A stretch of 64,000 nt of DNA from Syntrophorhabdaceae bacterium (GTDB lineage: Bacteria; Desulfobacterota; Deferrimicrobia; Deferrimicrobiales; Deferrimicrobiaceae). This document shows, piece by piece, positions 18,383 through 27,791 of the stretch. A model generated the notes under the pieces. That model had not been told where the DNA came from. It saw only the letters and a list, made by a program, of their open reading frames with translations, and ran no database searches. Location: assembly GCA_009783195.1 (NCBI GenBank), contig WRHP01000001.1:7215-71214 (forward strand), read 5' to 3'. How positions within the stretch are numbered: position 1 is the stretch's first letter; each line of letters starts with the position of its first letter. Both the position numbers and the translations under genes were made by a program.

Positions 18383-18387
18383 GCGGG

Positions 18388-19077
18388 ATGCGGCACGGTA
18401 TTCGGGTTTTCCTGTTGCTGTCGGCGCTTTTGTCCGCGGCGGCGGTAGTTGTTCTTTCGCTTCCGATCGCAATCGCGGGAGAAAATCCGCCGGACGGGGA
18501 CGCCATTTTGCGAAAGATCGGCAAGCGGTACGCGGCGGTCGGCACTCTGTCGGCGCGGTTTCGTCAGGATGTTCCATTGCAAAACCTGGGGATTGTGCGT
18601 AAGGCATCCGGAAAGGTTTATTTAGGCCGGCCCATGAAGATGCGGTGGGATTACGACGCGCCGGAAAACCAGTTGTTTCTGGCTGACGGCGAATATTTTT
18701 ATTTTCGTCCCGCGGGTTCTTTCGAAGTAATCCGAAGAAAGATTGACGAGAAGAGTATCGGCGGCAGGATTCCCTTGCTGCTTTTGTTTGGAAAAGGCGA
18801 CATTTCTTCCATGTTTAATGTGAGAGAAACGATTTCCGCTAAAGACGGATCAGGCGTCATACTGCGGCTTGTTCCCAAAGATGACGGCGCTCCGGAAATC
18901 CGCATGATAGACCTGCTGGTGGACAAGCGGGACAATTTGATCAAAGAGGTGCATCTTTACGATAGGCTCGGCGGAGAGAATCACCTGTATCTGTCAGACA
19001 TCCAGTTCGACAGTGTGCTTCCTTCCGATATTTTTCGGTTCAAAAACCCTTCGGGAACTCCCGTGGTGGATGGGTGA
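18388..19077 (+). CDS. lolA: Outer-membrane lipoprotein carrier protein LolA
   Basis: 229 aa with a signal peptide, and the LolA-family pattern (LSARFRQ...; KMRWDYDAPENQLFLADGEYFYFRP). It follows ftsK, as is common. Confidence 0.7.
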   Translation: MRHGIRVFLLLSALLSAAAVVVLSLPIAIAGENPPDGDAILRKIGKRYAAVGTLSARFRQDVPLQNLGIVRKASGKVYLGRPMKMRWDYDAPENQLFLADGEYFYFRPAGSFEVIRRKIDEKSIGGRIPLLLLFGKGDISSMFNVRETISAKDGSGVILRLVPKDDGAPEIRMIDLLVDKRDNLIKEVHLYDRLGGENHLYLSDIQFDSVLPSDIFRFKNPSGTPVVDG

Positions 19078-20435
19078 GCAGGCAAAGAAAAAAGAAAGCG
19101 GGGACGGTGCGTATCCATACGCTCGGGTGCGGCAAAAACGCGGTTGATTCCGAGGTTATGGCGGGGCTGCTTGCTGAAAACGGGTTTAACCTTGTTTCCA
19201 GCGGGCGGGCGGATGTCGCGGTGCTCAATACGTGCGGATTTGTGACGGCTGCCAAGGAGGAGTCTATCGAGGGGGTTTTGGCGCTGGCGGGAGAGAAGCG
19301 GCGCGGACGGATTCGCCGGCTGGTTATGACCGGCTGCCTTGCCCGCAGGTACCAGGAAGAGCTTCCCGGCCTGCTTCCCGAAGTTGATTTGTTCATTGGT
19401 CCGGGGGATATTCCGTCTCTGCCCGGCCTGCTGTCCGGTATGCTTGCCGAAGAGGAGGGGCCGCGCTCCCTTGTTTCGCGCCGCGTGGTGGGAGAAGGCG
19501 CTCTTCCGGATAATGCTTATAGTCACCGCTTGCCCGATGCCGCGTCCGGTTCCGTTTTCCTGAAGATTCTCGAAGGGTGCGATAACCGATGCTCCTATTG
19601 CGCGATTCCCATGATCCGCGGCCCGCTGCGAAGCCGCGGCCGTGATTCGCTTCTGGCGGAAGCGCGCAAACTTGTCCGCAAAGGGGCAAAGGAGATAAAC
19701 CTGATAGGCCAGGATCTGACCGCTTACGGGGTCGACCGGGCGGAGAAAGGAGCGCTTCCTTCTCTGGTCCGGAGTCTTTGCGCGATACGCGGCGTCAGGT
19801 GGGTCCGTCTCCTTTACCTTTATCCCGGTCGCGTTGACAATACGATCATTGATCTGCTGCGTTCCGAAGAGAAGGTGTGCCCATATCTGGATATCCCGGT
19901 CCAGCATATCGACTCCGCTATACTGGCTTCTATGGGGCGAAAGTACGGCCCTTCCGACATCTATCGGATTCTGGATCGCCTGCGCGCGTCGCTCCCCGGT
20001 ATTTTTCTGCGGACATCGCTCATAGCGGGATTTCCTGGGGAAACGCCGAAAGCGTTTGACCGGCTGCTTCGGTTTGTCCAGGAGACGAAATGGGATTATC
20101 TTGGGGTGTTTCCGTACTCCAGAGAGGAGGGGACTCCGGCGGGCACAATGCCAAAGCAAGTCTTGAAAGGGACGGCGGAAAGGCGGGCGCAAATGATCCG
20201 TGACGCGCAGGCCGACATCCTTGCCGCGCGCAACGCGTCCATGAAGGGAGAGACGGTGCAAGTCCTGGTGGAAAAAGCGTTTTCAGGCGGTGGGGCGCAA
20301 GGACGTCACCGCGGCCAGGCTCCGGAGGTTGACGGCTATGTCAGGCTTGCCGGATTCGCGGGAAAGCCCGGAGTCATTTGCCGGGCGCGGGTGACCGAAG
20401 CAAGAGAATGTGATTTGCGGGCGGAAATTTTATGA
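19074..20435 (+). CDS. rimO: Ribosomal protein S12 methylthiotransferase RimO (radical-SAM MTTase with C-terminal TRAM)
   Basis: 453 aa. It has an N-terminal MTTase domain (RIHTLGCGKNAVDSE...LNTCGF), a radical-SAM CxxxCxxC (CDNRCSYCAIP), and a TRAM-like C-terminus. The gene overlaps lolA by 4 bp. Confidence 0.75.
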   Translation: MSRQRKKKAGTVRIHTLGCGKNAVDSEVMAGLLAENGFNLVSSGRADVAVLNTCGFVTAAKEESIEGVLALAGEKRRGRIRRLVMTGCLARRYQEELPGLLPEVDLFIGPGDIPSLPGLLSGMLAEEEGPRSLVSRRVVGEGALPDNAYSHRLPDAASGSVFLKILEGCDNRCSYCAIPMIRGPLRSRGRDSLLAEARKLVRKGAKEINLIGQDLTAYGVDRAEKGALPSLVRSLCAIRGVRWVRLLYLYPGRVDNTIIDLLRSEEKVCPYLDIPVQHIDSAILASMGRKYGPSDIYRILDRLRASLPGIFLRTSLIAGFPGETPKAFDRLLRFVQETKWDYLGVFPYSREEGTPAGTMPKQVLKGTAERRAQMIRDAQADILAARNASMKGETVQVLVEKAFSGGGAQGRHRGQAPEVDGYVRLAGFAGKPGVICRARVTEARECDLRAEIL

Positions 20436-20453
20436 CTCAAATTAAGAATTCAT

Positions 20454-20481
20454 TTGATACCCTACTGCAAAAAAGTATACT
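20454..20481 (+). promoter_or_regulatory. Putative sigma-70 promoter for the dksA-like gene (TTGATA - 16 bp - TATACT)
   Basis: Read directly. The -35 is at 20454-20459 and the -10 at 20476-20481. GAAGGGCGG precedes the GTG start at 20517. Confidence 0.3.
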
Positions 20482-20516
20482 GTTGCGTTTAATTCTCATT
20501 TGAAGGGCGGAAACCG

Positions 20517-20915
20517 GTGAAACCAATCAAAGAGATGCTTCTCAAAATGCGGTCGGATCTGGCCCAAGAGATCTCGCGGCGCTCGAAAGTGACGACGGAA
20601 CCGGGAATGCAGGACATAGGCGACATTCTCGATCTGGTTTCCGAGGAAAGGACAAGAGAGCTCGATATCCTCCTTACGGACCGGGAGAAGAGAAAGCTGC
20701 TGCAGATCGACGACGCGCTTGACAAGATAGAGGACAATACTTACGGCCAGTGCGAGGAATGCGGCACAAAAATTCCGCGCGCGCGGCTTAAGGTGCTTCC
20801 TTTCGCAAAATATTGTGTGGAATGCCAGGAAAAAAACGAGCGTGAGGAGAAATATACCAGGGAAGAGCCTGATGAAGGGATCAGGAAGGTTCAGATGGCG
20901 GAAGCGGAGGAGTAG
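20517..20915 (+). CDS. DksA/TraR-family C4-type zinc-finger transcription factor
   Basis: 132 aa with a coiled-coil N-terminus and a C-terminal CEECGTKIPRARLKVLPFAKYCVECQ C4 zinc finger. The start codon is GTG. Confidence 0.75.
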   Translation: MKPIKEMLLKMRSDLAQEISRRSKVTTEPGMQDIGDILDLVSEERTRELDILLTDREKRKLLQIDDALDKIEDNTYGQCEECGTKIPRARLKVLPFAKYCVECQEKNEREEKYTREEPDEGIRKVQMAEAEE

Positions 20916-21990
20916 CGGGGACCGGATCAGGGGAAGGATTGTCTGTCTGCATAAGCTTGTTCGCCGCTGCGTCTCTCAGTAGCCGACGCAGATTTTTCAC
21001 CGCTACAGAATGTTGTTCGAATGTTTCTGAAAACGTATGCGTGCCGTCGTTGTTTGATACGAAGTATAAGTAGTCCGTATTGGCGGGATTCAGCGCTGCC
21101 TTGAGCGATGCCAATCCCGGGTTTGAGATCGGCCCCGGCGGCAGTCCGGCGTTCATGTAAGTGTTATACGGTCCCGGCGTCCGCAGGTCATCCCTGGTTA
21201 TCGTCCCATTGAAGCGTTTTACTTCATAGATCACCGTCGGGTCCATCTGCAGCGGCATTCCCAGTTTCAGCCGGTTTCGAATGACTGCCGAAATCAAAGG
21301 TTTTTCATGCGGAATCCCGGTCTCTTTTTCTATGATCGAGGCGATTGTCACTACCTCGTGTACCGAAAGCCCCGCCTTGCCCGCTTTCCGCTCCATTTCC
21401 GGAGTAAACCGGGTTTTGAACGGCTGGACCATGACCTCAAGGATATGGACAGGTTTCATGTTTTTGACCAGGTTATATGTGTCGGGAACGAGGTACCCTT
21501 CCGCGCTATCCGCATCGATTCCAAGCTTTGCAAGCGTGCCCGCGGACATGGCCGCTTCGAGGAACGCGTCCGGTTTTGTCAGCGAGTATGCCTCCAGAAG
21601 CGACGCCACGTCGTACAGGTTTGATCCTGGGCGCACAACCACAGGGTATTTCACCACATCGCCGGCGATCAGCTTTTTCCATGCGGTGTAAGCGGACGGA
21701 GGGTTCGGGAATGTGTATTCGCCGTATTGCAACTGGCGGGTTGTCCTCGTAAGTATGGTAATCCCCCGGAAGGCAACCGGGTGCGGAAGTATGTTTTCCG
21801 CCGAGAGGATGTACGCGATTTCCTGCATAGGGCTCCCTTTGGGGATGGATACCGTCGTTATTTTCCAGTCCCTGGAAGAGTGCGAGTCAAACAGCAGGAA
21901 GGTAAAAAGCAGAGTCCCGGATATGACAAATAGCGCGGCAATGCGCAGGACGCGCGGTGAGTGATGTTTTTTCTTGGAAAGCGGGATCAT
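20881..21990 (-). CDS. mltG: Endolytic murein transglycosylase MltG (YceG-like)
   Basis: It has an N-terminal TM helix and a YceG-like domain (...GPYNTYMNAGLPPGPISNPGLASLKAALNPANTDYLYFVSNNDGTHTFSETFEQH). The start was trimmed to MIPLSKKK (about 21990), overlapping the ruvX stop as ATGA. The longer track ORF, which reaches 22131, is rejected. Confidence 0.8.
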   Translation of the reverse strand: MIPLSKKKHHSPRVLRIAALFVISGTLLFTFLLFDSHSSRDWKITTVSIPKGSPMQEIAYILSAENILPHPVAFRGITILTRTTRQLQYGEYTFPNPPSAYTAWKKLIAGDVVKYPVVVRPGSNLYDVASLLEAYSLTKPDAFLEAAMSAGTLAKLGIDADSAEGYLVPDTYNLVKNMKPVHILEVMVQPFKTRFTPEMERKAGKAGLSVHEVVTIASIIEKETGIPHEKPLISAVIRNRLKLGMPLQMDPTVIYEVKRFNGTITRDDLRTPGPYNTYMNAGLPPGPISNPGLASLKAALNPANTDYLYFVSNNDGTHTFSETFEQHSVAVKNLRRLLRDAAANKLMQTDNPSPDPVPATPPLPPSEPS

Positions 21991-22424
21991 TTTCGGTTTC
22001 GCAGGTCCAGGGCGCTTTGCAGGAGAAACATCGCCGCAAGGCTGTCCCGCAGCTCCTTCCGCCGTTCTCTTCTCAGGTTGGACTCGACGAGGTGGCGTTC
22101 CGCCTGCGCGGTGGTCAGGCGCTCGTCCCACATAGTCACCGGCAGACTGAGGATTTCTTCGATCCGCGCGCCAAATTCTCTTGCTCGAACGGCGGCCGGA
22201 CCTTCGTCACCGTTCATCAACAACGGAAGCCCCAAAACGACTGAGGTGATCTCCAGCTCGGCCGCCAGGCGACCAAGTTCCTCGATGTCCTTTTTGTCTC
22301 CGGATCTTACGATCGGAGGCAGAGGCTGCGCCGTGAATCCGAGGGAATCCGAGACGGCTACGCCGATGCGCCTGCTTCCGTAATCGAGACCGACAACCTT
22401 TCCTTTTGGAAACCCGTTATTCAT
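21987..22424 (-). CDS. ruvX: Holliday-junction resolvase-like RuvX/YqgF
   Basis: 145 aa with an RNase H-like fold pattern (VVGLDYGSRRIGVAVSD...). The ruvX-mltG arrangement is conserved. Confidence 0.85.
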   Translation of the reverse strand: MNNGFPKGKVVGLDYGSRRIGVAVSDSLGFTAQPLPPIVRSGDKKDIEELGRLAAELEITSVVLGLPLLMNGDEGPAAVRAREFGARIEEILSLPVTMWDERLTTAQAERHLVESNLRRERRKELRDSLAAMFLLQSALDLRNRK

Positions 22425-22494
22425 TAGTTCGAGTCTACTTGTCTTATGACTTTATCGTCAACCGATCGGATTGACGAAACATTCCAGCTTCGAT

Positions 22495-22517
22495 ATGACT
22501 ATATAGCCTATAGTCAT
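22495..22517. promoter_or_regulatory. Perfect 9-5-9 palindrome (ATGACTATA-TAGCC-TATAGTCAT) in the divergent ruvX / HEAT-gene promoter region, just downstream of a TTGACG -35-like hexamer. Candidate operator.
   Basis: Read directly from the sequence. Confidence 0.3.
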
Positions 22518-22575
22518 GCGGCTGGATTCACGGCGGCCCCGTCCACGGACACCAGGGAACCTGGGAGGAATCGTC

Positions 22576-23151
22576 ATGATCAAATCGATAGAAGAGGCGT
22601 TGAACGCAATGGTTTCCGATTCATCGCAGAATGTGCGCGAGACGGCGATGGCATCGATGGATCGGTTCCGGGCAAAGCGTTCGATTGACCGGTTCCGGAC
22701 GATTCTGAAGAAGGGGACTGTACAAGACAGGGTTCACGTAGTCCATGTTGCCGGAGAGATAGCGGGGGGCGAAGGAATCTCGCTTCTTCTCGAAGCTCTT
22801 TACGATAAGGATGAGGTGGTCCGTGGGGCCGCGGTCAGGAAGTTGCTGCCTTTCCCTACTCCGGCAGTTCTTAAGGCTTTGTGGGAGATGCTCTTGAGAG
22901 AGAAAGGGGTTGTGCTGGGGAACGTTATCGAGGTGTTGGGCGCCTCGGGAAGGAAGGAGTTGAGTCCGCACCTGGAAAGATATTTTACCCATCCCGAAGC
23001 GGAGGTGCGCGCCAAAGCGATTATTGCGGTTTCGCGTCTGACTGACGGTGACGGATGGGAAAAGATCCTGGCTCTGCGTGGAGACAAAGACGAAGTTATC
23101 CGCAACGCGGTCGCGGAGGGGCTGGGGCACTGGACATCATCCCGGCCTTGA
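22576..23151 (+). CDS. HEAT-repeat (PBS-lyase-type) protein
   Basis: Repeated units of the form ..VR..A...LG.IG....L..LL.D.D..VR..A (e.g. LLEALYDKDEVVRGAAVRKL; ALRGDKDEVIRNAVAEGLG). The start was trimmed to MIKSIEE, which is preceded by GGGAGG. Confidence 0.6.
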   Translation: MIKSIEEALNAMVSDSSQNVRETAMASMDRFRAKRSIDRFRTILKKGTVQDRVHVVHVAGEIAGGEGISLLLEALYDKDEVVRGAAVRKLLPFPTPAVLKALWEMLLREKGVVLGNVIEVLGASGRKELSPHLERYFTHPEAEVRAKAIIAVSRLTDGDGWEKILALRGDKDEVIRNAVAEGLGHWTSSRP

Positions 23152-23165
23152 AAAAGGGCCGGCTT

Positions 23166-24548
23166 TTAGCTGGAAGTACTCTCCAGAACGTTTTCAAACG
23201 GGATTGGCGGCAAGAGCATGGGATTCACTGTTCCAAGCGTAGTGCGGCGCGGCTTTCCCGTGGTTGGGTCCACCTCCGATAAGTCCACGGCTTCTGGTTT
23301 TGGCAGCGGATTTCCCGCCCGGTCGTAGAGAATCGCTATCTCCAGATTTCCCTTTCCTCCCTCCGGCACCTTTGTGACTATGCCGACTTCCATAGTGTTC
23401 AGGCGCAGCAGTGTGCCGATGGGATAGATTCCAAGCGAGCGCTCCAGTAGTGTGACAAGGTCGGGATCAAGCGATTTTCCCGACAGTTTTCGCATGATTT
23501 CTATTGCGTTTTGCGGTGTTCGCGCTTTCTGGTAGGAGCGTGTGCTGGTAAGGGCGTCGTAGCAGTCGGCCACCGCGATAACCTGGGAATATGGGTGCGG
23601 CGGGGCGCCTGGATCGGGAGTTGGGTATCCCGCCCGGTCGAACCGCATGTGGTGCTCTCTTACAAGGCTGCATGTTTCAGGCTGAATGTTCGTCATTTTT
23701 TCCAGGATGACGAAGCCTGCTTCCGGGTGTTTCTTGATTTCCTCGTACTCGCTTATCGTCAGCGTGCCGGGTTTCTGGATCAGGTCCAGCGCAAGTTGTG
23801 TTTTTCCGATGTCGTGGAGCAGCCCCGCAACGCCAACGTTGATACGGCTTTGCTCGGGCAGCCCCAGGTTTTCCGTGACGGCCAGAGCCAGGACGGAAAC
23901 ATTCACGGAATGGTTGTACGTATATTCGTCGAAATTCTTGATCAAAGTGAGGGCAAGCATCGCGTCCCGGTTACGCAGGAGCATTCCGTTGATTTCACGG
24001 ACTGCGCTTTCGCAGCTTGCGCCGTCAGGTATCTGCCCGTTGCGGACATCATTTAACGCCTTAGCCACCACACTGATTGCGTTGTTGTAGACCTTTTGGG
24101 CGTTGGCGAAGTCGTCAGTATCTTCGCGCTCGGTAACGTAGATGTGTTTTATCCCCGCCACGGAAAGCCGTTCCTTGATAGCTTCTGTGCTCAGCCCCTG
24201 CTCCTTGGTTTCGTGCAGGAAAAGCATGAAACGCTCGAGGTCTTCGGTTGTCATTTCTTTTTCGAAGACGAGGGCGGGCACGCCAATGCTGCCAAGGCGC
24301 GCAAGGAAAAGTTCCAGAGAGGACGTCAGGTGGAAGATAGGGACTCCTTCCAGCACAAGCGTGTCGTCCACTACTGTCAGTACCAGCTCCGCGCGGTTGG
24401 CAAACAGCGGCGCAAGTTCCGCGACGCATTTCCAGATAGGGCTCTTTACGAGCGGATGAGACGGCGGGTAGAGGCCGCGGTTTTTCAGAGAGGCTCCAAG
24501 GAGCCGGACGATTCCGGCAATCGTCGTTTCCATCTGTCGTCGATCCAA
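23166..24548 (-). CDS. HD-GYP domain c-di-GMP phosphodiesterase with a ~170-aa N-terminal uncharacterised domain
   Basis: The HD motif is present (LLHDIGKTQ), with a downstream HHMRFDRAGYP (the GYP motif). Confidence 0.8.
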   Translation of the reverse strand: MDRRQMETTIAGIVRLLGASLKNRGLYPPSHPLVKSPIWKCVAELAPLFANRAELVLTVVDDTLVLEGVPIFHLTSSLELFLARLGSIGVPALVFEKEMTTEDLERFMLFLHETKEQGLSTEAIKERLSVAGIKHIYVTEREDTDDFANAQKVYNNAISVVAKALNDVRNGQIPDGASCESAVREINGMLLRNRDAMLALTLIKNFDEYTYNHSVNVSVLALAVTENLGLPEQSRINVGVAGLLHDIGKTQLALDLIQKPGTLTISEYEEIKKHPEAGFVILEKMTNIQPETCSLVREHHMRFDRAGYPTPDPGAPPHPYSQVIAVADCYDALTSTRSYQKARTPQNAIEIMRKLSGKSLDPDLVTLLERSLGIYPIGTLLRLNTMEVGIVTKVPEGGKGNLEIAILYDRAGNPLPKPEAVDLSEVDPTTGKPRRTTLGTVNPMLLPPIPFENVLESTSS

Positions 24549-24560
24549 AGCTATATCTCC

Positions 24561-26162
24561 CTATTCCGTCGTCTTAAGCTTCAGGATACGTTTTGCCTCG
24601 CGTTTTAATGCTTCGTCATTTCCTTGTAGAATGCCATGAAGCGCGTCGGCGGCGCTACTTCCCTTTATAGAGAACAGGCTTCTCAGTGTGTGAGTTTTCA
24701 TCGCCCGGAACTTTTTCGTATTAAGGAAAGTGTTAAGCGCAAGGATTTGCTCCAGAGCTACGGCGGCTTCCTCGGTGCCGATCGCCCGGAGAGAGTCGAT
24801 TGCCTCGTGCGCCAGCCGGTAATTCAAGAACAGGAATTTCCTTGATGTGGCGCGCCGGAAAAGAGTTTCGATCGCCTCGAACTCTTTCTTGGACGCAAGA
24901 GCCGTGGTTGCCGTGAGAGCCACCGATTCTTCAGGGTAGAAACATAGCTCGCAAAGGGTTGCTGTGGCGGAAGGAAGGTTGATCCTTGAGAGCGCTTTTA
25001 TCGCCTCTTTTTTTACCCGAAGGTCGGGGTTTGAAAGCGTCGACATGATTTGGGGGGCGAGGTCGGGCATGCCGAGACTCCCCAGGATCATCACCATGTT
25101 CCGGATCATGTACCATCGGGAATCGTTCAGGTTTGCCAGGACAGCGGGAACCGCGGCCCGCCCAATGCGGACGACGATGGAGACGATTGTCTTGCGAATC
25201 AGGATATCTTTTTCTTCTGCCAGCGCTTGCAGGAGCGGGTTGGCCGCTTTTTCTCCAAGCGCTGCCAGTATAGTCTCGGTTTCTTGCCGCCCGCGGATGC
25301 CTCCTTTTTTAAGATGAGTGATGTAATGATCTATCAGCTCGTCGCTTGCAAGCTCGCGGATTCCCATGTTGGCTTGTTCCGCGATCTCTATGTTGTTTTC
25401 GGGCGGCGATTCTATGTGTCGGATAAATATGGATATGGCACGGGTGGAGTACTCGATTTTATGTGCCGGCGGCTCTAACAGCATGAAGCGGAGAAATGCG
25501 TCTATGTGGATACGGTATTTGGCCGGATCTGTTTCCTTTTCGATATGGGAGAGCAGGAGGTCCGCGGTCGGGGCTTCCTCTTTTTCTTCCTGCGCATCCG
25601 CTTGAAGCTCGAGTTCAAGAGATTTGTTGAAGAACTGGTCTTCCAATTCTTCTTCAGGCTCAACTTCTTCCAGTTCCTCTTCTTCTTTCAAAACGTCGGA
25701 GAACTTGTCATATTCAACCCGGTTTATGCAGATGCGGGAAACTTTTTCTCTTCGCAGAATTTTTTCGAGTCCCCCGTCGTCAAGTACTTGCTCCACATCC
25801 CTGGAAATGGTTTTCAAAAACGATACAATCTCGTCCGGCATCATGCTTGGGAGGAAAATTACCCTGGCCGCTCTTCGGATGTACAACTCACGGTTCAGGT
25901 CAACGAGGGATTTGTGGCTTCCGCTTCCAGGCAAAGGGTTATTGTTGTACAGCAGATGGTTTTTTGTGACAGAGATCTCCAGGCCTTGCTCTGGTAGAGG
26001 GATGTCTTCAAACAGCAAGGATATTTTGGTGATCGCCTGAATTAGTATTGGGTGGTTCGGAGGGTAAAAACTGACAATTTTCATCCCCTTCGCCAGTTCA
26101 ATTATGGCGTGGGAGATGCGTCCAAGGTACAGTTCGTCAGAAACGCCTACGGAACTGCTCAT
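24561..26162 (-). CDS. HEAT-repeat protein with an N-terminal domain homologous to the HD-GYP protein N-terminus, plus a poly-Glu acidic linker
   Basis: 533 aa. The N-terminus includes FYPPNHP (compare LYPPSHP in the HD-GYP protein). A central EEEELEEVEPEEELED / AQEEKEE acidic tract follows. The C-terminal HEAT/PBS-lyase-like repeats include DLRVKKEAIKALSRIN. Confidence 0.6.
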   Translation of the reverse strand: MSSSVGVSDELYLGRISHAIIELAKGMKIVSFYPPNHPILIQAITKISLLFEDIPLPEQGLEISVTKNHLLYNNNPLPGSGSHKSLVDLNRELYIRRAARVIFLPSMMPDEIVSFLKTISRDVEQVLDDGGLEKILRREKVSRICINRVEYDKFSDVLKEEEELEEVEPEEELEDQFFNKSLELELQADAQEEKEEAPTADLLLSHIEKETDPAKYRIHIDAFLRFMLLEPPAHKIEYSTRAISIFIRHIESPPENNIEIAEQANMGIRELASDELIDHYITHLKKGGIRGRQETETILAALGEKAANPLLQALAEEKDILIRKTIVSIVVRIGRAAVPAVLANLNDSRWYMIRNMVMILGSLGMPDLAPQIMSTLSNPDLRVKKEAIKALSRINLPSATATLCELCFYPEESVALTATTALASKKEFEAIETLFRRATSRKFLFLNYRLAHEAIDSLRAIGTEEAAVALEQILALNTFLNTKKFRAMKTHTLRSLFSIKGSSAADALHGILQGNDEALKREAKRILKLKTTE

Positions 26163-26212
26163 TACGATATTGGAAAATATGGATTTATTAGCATAGAGTT
26201 ACAATATCCGAT

Positions 26213-26701
26213 ATGGGAACCGGGCAAGTCAATCGTTTTCAGGAAAACCGGCGCTTGCAATGGTGGTTATGCGCCGTGGCGTCAGGATTTGGAGTCGGAC
26301 GCGTTCCGTTTGCGCCGGGAACGGCCGGAACGCTGCTTTGCCTGCCGATCTGGTATTGGACCGGCGGGAAAGGAGCGGCGCATTTTTTTGCGCTGGCCCT
26401 GGTGCTTCTGATTTCCGTACCCGCTATAAAGGAAGCGGTGAAACGCGCCGGGCAAAGCGATCCCGGCACGGTTGTTATCGACGAAATAGCCGGAATGCTG
26501 GTGGCGGCGACCTGTATCCCCTGGAACTGGAAGAATGTTCTGGCGGTGTTTCTGTTGTTTCGGTTTTTCGACATGTGCAAATTTGGTCCGATGGCGTGGC
26601 TGGATTCGAAAAAAGAACCGTTTTATGTGCTTGCGGATGATGTGGCGGCGGGAATTTGCGCGGGGCTGGTCTGGCGGGGGGTAATGTGGCTTACGGGATG
26701 A
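26213..26701 (+). CDS. pgpA: Phosphatidylglycerophosphatase A
   Basis: 162 aa with [26 protein letters not shown] and the downstream membrane segments typical of PgpA. The start is uncertain. Confidence 0.7.
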   Translation: MGTGQVNRFQENRRLQWWLCAVASGFGVGRVPFAPGTAGTLLCLPIWYWTGGKGAAHFFALALVLLISVPAIKEAVKRAGQSDPGTVVIDEIAGMLVAATCIPWNWKNVLAVFLLFRFFDMCKFGPMAWLDSKKEPFYVLADDVAAGICAGLVWRGVMWLTG

Positions 26702-27195
26702 AAAACGCGGCTGTACTGCTTGGGCGGCTCCTACGGTCGTCCGGAAAGACGCTTGCCGTTGCCGAATCGTGCACCGGGGGGCTTTTGGCCGGCGCGATAA
26801 CAGATGTTCCCGGAAGTTCGGAGTATTTTCTGGGCGGCGTAACGGCCTATCACAATACCGCTAAAACCCGGCTCCTTGGCGTTCCATCCAGCCTGATAGA
26901 ATCGCGCGGCGCGGTGAGCGCGGAAGTTGTCGAGGCAATGGCAAAAGGCGCGTTGAAGCGTTTTTCGGCGGATGTTTCTATTGCTGTCACCGGTATAGCC
27001 GGACCGGGTGGAGGAAGCCGGGAAAAACCGGCTGGAACGGTATGGGTGGCTGTCGCGGTTCGGGGTGAAGGGGTCCGGTACTCGCACCGGTTCCGTTTTC
27101 GCGGAGACCGTATAAAGGTTCGCCGGGAGACGGTACGGTCGTCTCTTGCGGCGGTGTCGGAGATTTTGTCCGGGAAAATAGAGAGGCGGCGGTGA
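26698..27195 (+). CDS. CinA C-terminal-domain protein (PncC-like nicotinamide-nucleotide amidohydrolase)
   Basis: It contains [33 protein letters not shown], the signature of the CinA C-terminal domain. The start was trimmed to MKNAAV. Confidence 0.75.
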   Translation: MKNAAVLLGRLLRSSGKTLAVAESCTGGLLAGAITDVPGSSEYFLGGVTAYHNTAKTRLLGVPSSLIESRGAVSAEVVEAMAKGALKRFSADVSIAVTGIAGPGGGSREKPAGTVWVAVAVRGEGVRYSHRFRFRGDRIKVRRETVRSSLAAVSEILSGKIERRR

Positions 27196-27791
27196 GGTGC
27201 TTCATCGGGATCGGCCTGCCGGATACCGTCCGGACGTGTCTTGTGGAAGCGGTGCGGGAGTTTTGCCGGGAGAGGGTTCCGGTTTCCTGGACAGTTCCGG
27301 AAAATCTGCACATGACGCTGAAATTTCTTGGAGAAACCAACAAAAAACGTGTTTTTGATGTAGAGAAGGGGCTTGCGGAGGCTGCCGCCGGTTTCACGGC
27401 GTTTTCCTTGAAAGCTGCCGGAGGGGGGATGTTCCCCGGTCCGCGTGATCCGAGGATACTTTGGGCAGGGTTTGGCGAACCGCTTGAATTGGTTGAAGCA
27501 TTGCAACAAACTATAAGTAACACCATGATGTTGGTGGGATTTCCGGCGGAAGGCCGCCTGTTTCACCCTCATGTAACCATCGGCAGGGTTAAGGGAACGC
27601 TTCCTTCCGGTTGGGGAGATCGGTTTCTTGGGCATTTCACCGGGCGCGCTTTTGGCATTGTGCCGGTATCATCTATCATTCTGTACGAAAGCCGCCTCTC
27701 CAGGGGAGGGGCGATCTATTCAGTGATCCGTGAATTCCCTCTCGTGGGCGCTTTGCGGAACGTAGAAAGCAAAAAGGAGACTACTTCATGA
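27192..27791 (+). CDS. thpR: RNA 2',3'-cyclic phosphodiesterase ThpR/LigT (2H phosphoesterase)
   Basis: Two H-x-T/S-x motifs are present ([11 protein letters not shown]; [10 protein letters not shown]). The length of 199 aa fits. Confidence 0.75.
   Translation: MRCFIGIGLPDTVRTCLVEAVREFCRERVPVSWTVPENLHMTLKFLGETNKKRVFDVEKGLAEAAAGFTAFSLKAAGGGMFPGPRDPRILWAGFGEPLELVEALQQTISNTMMLVGFPAEGRLFHPHVTIGRVKGTLPSGWGDRFLGHFTGRAFGIVPVSSIILYESRLSRGGAIYSVIREFPLVGALRNVESKKETTS

Noticed and set aside
18981-20261. 426-aa minus-strand ORF
   Set aside because: It lies entirely antisense to a well-supported rimO. It has Arg/Pro-rich composition typical of a high-GC antisense frame.
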